In this document: piece by piece, positions 54,932-64,000 of the stretch | How positions within the stretch are numbered: the stretch's first letter is position 1 | Layout of the letters: each line of letters opens with the position of its first letter | Source: a virus | Virus record (IMG/VR): IMGVR_UViG_3300028833_000004 | Strand: one strand, 5' to 3' | DNA length: 64,000 bases | Notes under the pieces: generated by a model | What the model was told of the DNA's origin: nothing | The model's database searches: none | The model's input: the letters and a program-made list of their open reading frames with translations, nothing else | Made by a program: the position numbers and the translations under genes

Positions 54932-56800
54932 TTATTCCTAATTTAAAATATCACTACTGCTATAGATTTTCTTCGTTGGGTTTCTCTAAGTCATTTCAGT
55001 AATCATGTCCTATTCTAATGTTTTTGGAGTCATATTGCTGCCATGCCCAGCATATCTATAAGCGTCACCTGAAGCAAATTTATTAATTTTAATAAATATT
55101 GGAACTTTATAAATATCGTCCCACATTTGTTTACCATCAATAGATTTTATTCCAGTCTTCTTTGCTAAATTTTTATTATATATAGAATTGATAAGATTAT
55201 CAGCATATTCTTCATCCTTACCTGATAATTCCTCAACTAAATAATTTGAGCCATCTATATTATCATCTATGGTATAGCCATAAGTCAATAAGAATCTACC
55301 AAGTCTATCTGTTTCTATTAATTGGTTTTGAGAATTATACATAGCATATGAATGATGTGCAGCATGTATCTGATTTTTTTTATTTGGATCTGTAATTCCA
55401 TTAACCTTAATCTCTTCTTCGGCTTCTGAAAATGCATAAAATCCAGGCCAATCTATTTCACCATTCTCAAGTATAGGCATCCAAACTGCTGCAACAGGAT
55501 CATTAGAATATGCTATATTTGTAAGCATTCCTTCACTAATTTTCTAATCACCCATATATATTTTATCTTTTTCCAAATATTTTCCAACAGTTTCTGCCAA
55601 TGCAACAGACATTGGTAAATTATAAACAGCATTTCCATTATCAGTAGTAAGAGCTGGAATTCTAACTCCTTGTACATTTAAAGAATATGCATTAGAATTT
55701 TTATTATCTGTGATTTTAAATACATCGCTATTTAAATCCCCATCAAAAAACTGTTCTAATGGAGTCTGGTAAAAGGTTTTAGAACTACTAGAAGTTCCAG
55801 CAGTAGTTCCGGCAGCTTTATTAATTCCAGAATCATAATCTAAGGTTCTAGATACAATAGTATCATTATTCATTACTAAGGCATTTGAAATTAAATCCAA
55901 AGCATAGTTCGAACCCTCTTCCCATTTACCTCCGTAAACTAAATTCCTAGCCATCAACTGCATAGTCATTTGTTTCGGAAGCATTTTATAGATGTAACTT
56001 AAAGCAGAATCAATATTCTTAGATTTAACTCTATCTTTTACTTTAAATAAAGCATCTGGCCCAATTTGCTACATTAATTGAGCCAACTCTTTCAATCCCT
56101 AATACTGACTCTCATTAGGCCGCTTTAATAATCCATTTTGAATTATTCCACCTAATGTTTGATATGCTTCTGAAATATCATCGGCCGATCCAACTGATTG
56201 AATAATATCTTTAATATAATCCTAAATTTTTTCAATACCTATACTTCCACCAATTACAGTGATTGGATCCTCACTGTAAGCTAGTTGCGGATTGAATTGT
56301 CTATATTGAATTAATTCACCTATAGTTAAATATTGATACTTTTCTGGATCATATTTAGAACCGTGTATTTTCTATATTTTTTGATCCTAATCAACTACAT
56401 ATAAATATCCTCTAGAATCTATTGCAACTTCGTCAAGGGCTTTATTAGCTTCTGCATTTTCAGCTGCCCCATCAAAAAATCCATTAGTTTTTATTATTCT
56501 ATTTATCGCAGCCTATAGCATATAAACATCAGAACTCTTAATTCCACCATTAAAATCAGCGTTTCTCTCGAAGTCAGTCAATTTCTAAGAGAAAAGATCA
56601 ACATCTACAGGAAGTCCCTCAGAATATAATTTTTTCATTAATTCTTTAGGAATTAAATCCTAAGCTGAAGCTGAGCCTGAACCTGAATCTCCTCCGACAA
56701 CCTAAGACTATCTAGCCTAAACAGCTAAATTTGATACAGGATTAACAGTAGACGAATATAATAATCCACCAGCCTATAATTTATTTATATTTAATTTCAT
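54932..56800 (-). CDS. 622-aa late/virion hypothetical protein (TAG read as sense)
   Basis: ATG 56798-800 comes directly after an in-phase TAA. Ends at TAA 54932-34, one nt before the next ATG. About 16 in-frame TAG. Merges 55010..55528 and 55544..55984. Confidence 0.75.
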
Positions 56801-58662
56801 TTAAATATTGATTTTAATAAAATTAGAGTTTCTTTATCTATCTGTCCAAGATCTCTTTCTAATTGTCTTTGGAGCAATTTAGAGGTTTCTAATTGACTTT
56901 TACTAACTCTTTCACGCTCCTTCTGACTAGCTGCAATCCATTTAGATAACCTGTCCCCCTAAACAACCTTACCACCAGATTTTTTATATGGGATTCTAAA
57001 ATTACCCTAATCATCAAAGACTGATTTATAAGTACTTCTTCTATATTGTCCGGTGTACAAACCCTGATTATCAATATAATACGGAAAAATACCATTATGG
57101 AACTATGCCAAATCTCTAATTATTTGTAACTAACTTCTCCAATCGTTCTTAAGTCCTTCTAGTTCTTCTGCCCAATTTTTAGTTCTATAAGTATTTGATT
57201 GATCTCCCCACAAACGTTCATATACAGCTTCTTTAGCAGCCTCATCATCACCAGTCATAATAGCTTTATCCGCATCTGATAAAGAAGCCATTCCTTCATC
57301 TCTATTAAAGCTATTTTTAAAAGCTTCATAAGCTTTTGACTTTTTATAATTCATCATATCAGCCTAAGTTAAATACAACTTACGCTCATCAATAGCTGCT
57401 TTTAGATTATTTAATTCCCTAGATCTAACAATATCATTAACATCAGCATCATGTTTAAACTAACCATGATTAGTATACTTTCTCTCGCCGAACTGATTAC
57501 GATTAGAGGCTATTTCAGCATTTAATTGCTTATCAGCTTCAATAATAGCATTATTAGCAGCAGCATTGATCTAGTTGTTTTTATTTGCAACTTCGGCCTA
57601 TCGCAATAGATTATTATCAATTACCTACTATTTTATTTGTGTGGACTCATTATCTCCCTTCTACTATAACTATGCCTGATTATCCTATGTTTGCCGTGCA
57701 AATTCCAAACCCCCCTGATTTACAGCTAGCATGTTGTTTATATCATTAGACTTATACTAACTTATATTAGCTAATACATTATCCAAAGTTTTCTACTATA
57801 ATTGTCTGGTGACAAAATAGTTATACTTTTCAGAATTTAACCAGGGAGTCTCATAATGGGGATACTAAAACTTCTTTGAAAGACTATTATTTCTATAAGC
57901 TTTTAAAGTATTATTCAGATATTGCTAGGTAATAGGTGCCCAATCTGTCCAAATAGGTTTTTCTGCAGAGGCTTCATCATAAATTTCCTGTAATTTTTTA
58001 AGAGCTTTATCTTGGTCATATAATTCTTGACTTGGTGTTGTATTATTTCCACCTAAAGTAGCACCAGTTGTTTCTTGATTTTTAGAAGGGTCTGCCTAAG
58101 TATTAGTATTCTACCCACTAATTCCAGCCTCTGTCTAGGCTGGGTTTCCAGGCTATGCTACAACTGTTGTCTAGACTGGAACCCATTTATTTTGAGTTGT
58201 ATCAAAATAAATTTTTCCAGAATCTGTGTCTAGAGCTGACTCTGCAGAATTATGTTTCTATGCTAAAGCAGTTAATAGAGCATTTCTCTACCATGTGGTT
58301 GGACCAAGATAATCCGATCTATCCTTAGAATATCCGAAGTATTCATTAATTCCTGTAGTGTTAAATAAATTATTCCAATTGGTATATCCAAGTTTATTTA
58401 ATTCTTTACCCTTAAATAAATCTGGCTAAATTAACTTATTTAATGTATCGGCAGTTAGGCTTTTATATTTTTTGTTATCAATTAACCATTTATAAATAGT
58501 GCTGATGGGTCCATGATATGTATCCCAGGTATCTAAGGCTTTAGCTCTCAGATCTGTATCATTTATAGCATCCTTACGCCACCTACCCTTCTAAATAGGA
58601 GCTGCTGGAGTCTAGAATTTCTAGACCCCAGATCCCATTAATTTTTCAAAATTGTATTTCAT
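56797..58662 (-). CDS. 621-aa Gln/Asn-rich late hypothetical protein (TAG read as sense)
   Basis: ATG 58660-62 and TGA 56797-99, both in ATGA overlaps. About 30 in-frame TAG. Contains track fragment 57130..57357. Confidence 0.75.
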
Positions 58663-61600
58663 TGTAGTAATCCACCTTGTTTCCAAATAATTAACTCATT
58701 AGTTGCAGGATTATATGCAGACCCACGTAACTTTTTCCTAGGAAATATTCGTGATATTTCAGTAGGATCAATATTAATATATCCGTCTTGTTTTATACCA
58801 GAAGGAGGAGTTAAACCCACATAGGATTTAACTCCCGCATCATTCTTAATGTGTACATCCCCAATATGAAAATCGGATCCAATCTTCTTTCTAGATGTAC
58901 CATTATCCTAAATATTAACTGACTAAGGCACTTTATTACTTGTTTTACTCTACTATCTATCAGTTCGTGCCTTTTCTGCAGGCTGATGTCTAGGCGCCCG
59001 TTTAGTTTTATCTGATGCATTTGATGTACTGTTAATTGGGCTGAGTGCTGGTTTTATTATAGTTGCGTCCGATTCCTATCTTAATCTGCCCCAATCTACC
59101 ATTGGATTATATGCTTCATAGTGCATATTACTAAACTCCGGATGGTTTTCTAATATAGCTCTCTGTGTGGCTGTATATTCACCACCACCGAACCTTCTTG
59201 CAAATCTTCTAGCCAAATCCGATGACTATTTAACATCAGCAGCTTCTTTATTCCACAACTTTCTCAGAGCTTCATATGATTCACGCTAATTTTCAACATT
59301 TTCAGTCTCAATTCTATACTTACCAACTCCGCCATTAATACTTTGAAGTCTTGGGGTTTTTAATACTGCAACTGCCTCATCTTCAGTAATTTTAAGTTTA
59401 TCAGTAAGTACCTTAATGGCCTTTGTATTAGCATCCTAATCAGAAGTCTTAATTTTGCTAAGCGCCTTATTTACTTCATCAACGGTTTCTTTCTGGAATT
59501 GTTTTACATTTCCCTCTGCATCTGTGAGTCCTTTTATGCCGATATTATCTTTTGCGATAATAGTTCCCTTTTTATTAACTTTATAACGAGTTATTTCACC
59601 TTTAACACCTCTAGTGGCTCCTGCTAGTAATGATAAAACATGAGAAAGATTTCTCCAGTCCTCTCTATTTAATTTAGTTTTACCATCACTTAATTTCTTA
59701 AGGGTCTTCTATGTAGATTCATCGAAAGCAATGCCAAAGCCCGCCGCCACTGTCACTATTCTAGGTAGAAATTTAATAATATTTTTGGCAACCTTATGCA
59801 TTTTAGCTCCAGGAATTAATCCAAAAGCAGCAAAACCAGCATTTATCCCAGCATTTTTAATAACTTCACCAGCTGTTACTGCAGGATCCATAATATCAGC
59901 TGCCAAATCCGTTCCAAGTGATGTTACACCGAGCCCGGCAGCAACACCTGTACCAGCCCCAGGAACGAATGAAGCTACTATAGAAGCCACATCTTGAGCC
60001 ATAGTGAGAAATCTAAGAGAGTCTATAGGTTTTAACTCTGTTGTTTTATTAGCTCTATAAACATCTGAATTAGCATATCCTTCTTCAGAGGCCTTTTGGG
60101 AGTCTTTTTCTTCCTATTTAACTTCCCTACTCTTAGACTCTTCATGAAAATCTAAATCATTACGCTATTTTGGCACGGCTGAACCATAGGCAGCTTTTAA
60201 TATACCTCCATTATTATGTAAATTCACAGTTCCTTCAGGAATATTTTGTTTATTTAACTAATAATATTTAGTTCTAATCATCTATAAATCCTCGGGATTT
60301 AAACTAGCATATCCTTCATTAACAAGTATGCCAACTGTTTCAATTAAAGCCTATCTGGATTCAAATTGATTTAAAAACTCAGAACCTGTATATGTTAAAA
60401 ATGTTCCTGGAACAGATATTTTAGCTTTAGGATTCTTTAGCGCTGTGACAACTGAATTTACAAATCTCTAAGGATTATCACCAATAGTCTCTCTACCTAT
60501 AAACTAACCTAAAATATAACCCGCACCAGTTCCTAAAGCTCCTATTAAACCACCTAATGGGGCAACTGTTCCACCAGTTGGAATTCCTGCAGCCGTGGCT
60601 CCAGCAACGGCACCCACACCCATCGCCCCAGTAAGGGTTTTAAAATTAAATTTTTTAGTATAAGTATCTTTACTTATTCCCTAAGCATTATTAAATATAT
60701 CATTAGATAGCCCAACGATTTTCCCAGTTTGATCAGTTTTTTCACCATGTCCAGAAATATTAAATCCACCTAATGCATTTTTTGCATCATCAAAATTTCC
60801 TGTCTTCAATGTTGTTCCATCTAACCAGGCAAATTTCATAGTAGGAGTGAGTTTAAATTCTTTAAAAAGCCCCTACTTAATAGGTGTTCCAGTTTCATCA
60901 AAAGCAATAACCTAAGTACCATCTCCAAACAAATTACTTACATCAGCATAATTAAAGCTTGTGGCATTTTTATTTTTCTCTCTCTGATCATTAATAAATT
61001 TATTAACTAAATAATTATCTGTGTAATCAGTATCTAGATTAAAATCTCTTATATAAAACTAATTTGTTAAATCTCCCCTTCTATTCTTAGCTTCATCTAA
61101 TAAATAATTAGCCCAATGATTTTCATCAATATCTCTGACATTTCCATAAAATACTCGACCGTCAGAGCCTATTATAAGTCCCTGTCCATAGGTATCAGAA
61201 TTAAGACTAATGTTGTCTAAACCATCTCCAGAATATTTCTCCCAATCTGACGTATAAGCCGTAATATTACCAGCATCATCTTTAATCAGGTGTAAGTTCT
61301 TCTAAGTTAACCAATTTTTAAGAGGCTCTGAGAGATTAGTTAATTCAGTGCCATTTATCTAAGCACGATTCTTATCTTTTTGCGATGGCTCCTTAAACAG
61401 CTCAGGTAATGCTGCCTAAACTGTGCCTAAATCACCAGGAGATAATGTATATAATCCTTTAACTAGATTAATTCCCCAATTTATTTTATCGTTATCAGAA
61501 GCTTCGGGATTATATGTTGATAGATAATTCTAAAACTATTTAATTGAATTAATGGATTCTCTATCAATACCATTTACATATACACCTGTTCCATCACCAT

Positions 61601-62141
61601 ATTTATCTAGGAATTTTTGTATATTGAGATTTAATCGATCCTTTATCATTCCTAAACGATCACCAAATGAAAATGATGATAAACCTTCACCAATTCCATT
61701 AGTTAAATCAAAGAATATATGCCTTTTATTTTCAGGTTGTTGAGTGGTTGATGATCCCACACTAGCCTAAGGTTGAGCGGTGGTTCTTGATCTATTATAG
61801 TCGTACATTAATCGAGCTACATTTTGAGGCATATCCTTAGACCAAATAGATGGTTCATAAGCTGCACCAATAGAATCATCATTATCAGCCCCATTAAAGT
61901 GCTCTACTGTTGATTTATAAAACTATTCTTGTGCTAATCTTTGTCTCTTTGCTCCCCTAAAAACATTGGAATATGGGGCAGATTTTGAATATTCTACTAA
62001 TCCATCAAGATACTGTTGAACCGCTGCTCTATCCTCGTCTGTGGGGAGACTATTTAGGAAATCAAGATACTTTTTCTACTCTTCCTCAAGTCTTTTTAAT
62101 TCATCACCTTTTTTATATTTTTGTATCTAAGCCATAATCAT
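58659..62141 (-). CDS. 1,160-aa late protein with Gly/Ala-rich hydrophobic segments (TAG read as sense)
   Basis: ATG 62139-41 to TGA 58659-61 with about 29 in-frame TAG and no TAA/TGA. Merges 59709..60002 and 61536..61760. Gly-rich hydrophobic stretches at about 59720-60000 and 60520-60650. Confidence 0.75.
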
Positions 62142-62176
62142 AAAAAATTTAAGGCAGGCAAACTAATGCCTGCCTT
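62142..62176 (-). terminator. intrinsic terminator or attenuator after the small Ala/Pro-rich gene
   Basis: 9-bp GC-rich stem AAGGCAGGC / GCCTGCCTT (62151-59 / 62168-76) followed on the - strand by TTTTTT. The next ATG (62141) starts immediately after it. Confidence 0.6.
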
Positions 62177-62183
62177 ACGGTCA

Positions 62184-62471
62184 TTATTTTACTCGCATTA
62201 ATTTACCACCACGTCTTTGGAAAACTGGTTCCTGTGGGGCAGCTGCACTTTGGAGCATTTCAAGAGCAGCTTGAAGTATTGCTGCAACAGCTTGTGGATC
62301 ACCTATTTGTTGCATTAACATGTCTAACAATTGTCCAGCGGTTTGTTTAATTGGATCTGGACCACCAGCTTCAGGTGCTGGTGCAGCTGCAGGTGCTGCA
62401 GACTCTTCTGGAGCGGGTTCCATAGCGCCGCCCTCTTGCAAGTACTTAATTAAGTTTTTATTCAAAATCAT
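62184..62471 (-). CDS. 95-aa Ala/Pro/Gln-rich protein (no TAG codons)
   Basis: Intact track ORF ending in TAA. Sits in a local GC-rich island and has its own upstream AT-rich gap and downstream hairpin. Confidence 0.7.
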   Translation of the reverse strand: MILNKNLIKYLQEGGAMEPAPEESAAPAAAPAPEAGGPDPIKQTAGQLLDMLMQQIGDPQAVAAILQAALEMLQSAAAPQEPVFQRRGGKLMRVK

Positions 62472-62497
62472 ACTATAAAATATTTTATATTAACATA

Positions 62498-62505
62498 CAA
62501 ATATA
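62498..62505 (-). promoter_or_regulatory. candidate -7 box TAnnTTTG for the 95-aa gene
   Basis: The - strand reads TATATTTG, ending 26 nt upstream of ATG 62471 in an 86-nt AT-rich gap. No clean -33 TTTG seen. Confidence 0.3.
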
Positions 62506-62557
62506 CTAATTAATTTTAAATTAATATAATTTAAATGAAAATGGATTAATAATAAAT

Positions 62558-63169
62558 TTAATCTGGTGATGAAACATACTCTGGGGTATTTGAATCCTAT
62601 TTATCTAGATATTTAAAAACTAGTCTACCAACACGTTTGTAATCAGCATCATCATCGGAATGAAAGGCACGAAGGGCAGCCTTAATCAAACTTCTAGTAT
62701 TTTTTCTAGAAAATATTCGCTCTCCACCAACTAATCTATACTAGACATCTCCATTATTATCCAAAACGAGCATATCTGAATTAACTTTCTATTTTTCATC
62801 GGAAGTTAATTGTGATTCATCTTCGTCATCATCATACTCCAAATCATCATCTTCCTAGATTCCAGAGTTAGCATTAACCTCTAAGACAAATTGAGCACCG
62901 CCTTCATATACAGGTTTTTCATCAAATGCTTTACAAGTATTTACAGACAATACTGATCCTTCATCATCTATGAAGATAATATCAAGGTCTATTGATGTAT
63001 CTTCCATAGTAAAGTACAATTCTTCCTAAGGTTCTTCATATACGAAAAGCATGCCTTCATCCTAAGGTAAGGATTCATCTTCAGATAAACCAATAGTTTT
63101 TTCTTCCTCTGTTTCGGCTACTCTTACATGGTACTTTTTACCGCCTATTGTTATATCAGTTTCTCTCAT
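62558..63169 (-). CDS. DUF192-like protein, 203 aa (TAG read as sense)
   Basis: Translates as ...GLSEDESLP(TAG)DEGMLFVYEEP(TAG)EELYFTMEDTSIDLDIIFIDDEGSVLSV..., matching the DUF192 GMLF / LDIIF core from memory. Six in-frame TAG. ATGA overlap upstream and TAA stop. Confidence 0.6.
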
Positions 63170-64000
63170 TTGTCAGACTTCTAAATTAAATTATCCTCAT
63201 CTTTTGTATTATAAATTAATTCTTTTACAAGTCGCTTACCAACTTCTAAAAGTATCTCAGAATCGTCTGATTCATGCCATTTCTTTCGATTCTATTCAAT
63301 ATAATCTGTTAATTCTTTATTGAATATAACTTCAAGACTCTCTACTTCAGCCTGTTGCTAAATACTACCTTCCTAAGATTTTATATCTTCAAGAGTCTAG
63401 GCAGAATCGTCATCAACTGTAATTACTGGGATACCTTTCTTAGTTATATGCTCTAAATCAATGTCGTGCTTATTCTTATGAAGTTCTCCAGTAGGAATTA
63501 TGTTTTCCTTTTCAGAAATTTCAACACCTGTTAATTTAGCACCATCCTAAGCTCTAAGAATCTTACCACCCTATTTAGCAGATAATAATGAAGTATCAAC
63601 ACCACCAGCAAGTGCTATAGTATTTGCCTCCATAACATTATCAATTGAATTGGCACGTGCTTCCTGTTCAAATTTAATAGTGTCAGAAACATTTTGAGCT
63701 TTAAGAGCCATTTGAGCCTGCTCGTTTCTATCCTGAAGTTGTCTTTCAATTTTGTCTGGATTAAGCCCTCCAAATAAGAATGGGATTTCTCTGTTGGATT
63801 TTGAGTCTTTATGCCCAATATCTCCATATCCTGAGGAATTAATATCAACATCAAATCCTTGAACAGTCTGCCCAGTAGCCTTAGATGCAAAATTAGCTGT
63901 TTCTAAAGCAGCTCCACCAAGCATTGCCCAGGGGTTTCCACTCTTCATTAAAGCATCACTTATTCCATGAACTGCTGTATCAATAGCTGCACTCTAGGCA
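63166..64000 (-). CDS. C-terminal 277 aa of a late protein whose N-terminus lies beyond the window (TAG read as sense)
   Basis: The phase is open from the window edge to TGA 63166-68 with about 8 in-frame TAG. Contains track fragment 63571..63948. Confidence 0.7.

Noticed and set aside
34409-61743. + strand track ORFs lie inside the late block: 34409..34621, 40582..40773, 43275..43466, 44397..44588, 45203..45487, 46820..47029, 48500..48853, 51638..51931, 53111..53314, 53510..53698, 53760..53954, 59731..59997 and 61552..61743.
   Set aside because: They sit antisense to long, continuously open - strand frames. They have low-complexity or Ser/Leu/Phe-rich shadow-like translations and no start or junction context.
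56797-63169. TGA, rather than or as well as TAG, might be the reassigned codon, as in some phages and Mollicutes.
   Set aside because: No in-frame TGA occurs inside the merged ORFs. TGA serves as the terminal stop in three ATGA overlaps (56797-99, 58659-61, 63166-68).
56889-63890. - strand track ORFs 56889..57095, 58811..59020 and 63615..63890 were considered as separate genes.
   Set aside because: They are out of phase with, and fully nested in, the long TAG-sense ORFs. Their translations are basic and low-complexity, and they end in the middle of better-supported frames.
30838-64000. The - strand half could be a decayed, pseudogenised region or non-coding DNA, given that the track shows only fragments.
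   Set aside because: Decay would introduce TAA and TGA (favoured in AT-rich DNA) and frameshifts. Instead the phases stay open for up to 11 kb with TAG as the only interrupting codon, and each ORF ends cleanly at TAA or TGA.

Overview
Strongly AT-rich dsDNA phage segment made of two convergent modules that meet at a 15-bp GAAA-loop hairpin terminator (30797-30839). LEFT MODULE (1-30.8 kb, + strand): about 55 tightly packed ORFs, often with ATGA/TAATG overlaps, that read cleanly in the standard code. They encode replication, recombination and nucleotide-metabolism functions. Motif-supported calls are ThyX, RNase H, family A DNA polymerase, SF2 helicase, DnaB-like helicase, Toprim primase, several PD-(D/E)XK nucleases, NrdD/NrdG, thioredoxin, an FTR-like Cys protein, dUTPase, ATP-dependent DNA ligase, a VWA/MoxR pair and an MgtC-like membrane protein. 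RIGHT MODULE (30.8-64 kb, - strand): the supplied standard-code track shows only ORF fragments, but walking each phase codon by codon shows that every interruption is TAG. There are roughly 300 in-frame TAG and no in-frame TAA or TGA (hand count). Reading TAG as a sense codon, most likely Gln, collapses the fragments into nine genes that all end in TAA or TGA. Four are giant: 3,685 aa (DYDID motif, putative virion RNA polymerase), 2,796 aa (embedded SF1 helicase core), 1,544 aa (PD-(D/E)XK motif) and 1,160 aa (Gly-rich hydrophobic). The main finding is therefore a module-specific TAG reassignment confined to the late/virion block. Gene content and layout are consistent with a crAss-like (Crassvirales-type) phage of Bacteroidota, but that is inference, not a database result. 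I saw no tRNA, rRNA, CRISPR array, integrase or transposase. The suppressor tRNA that recoding would need is not in this window.
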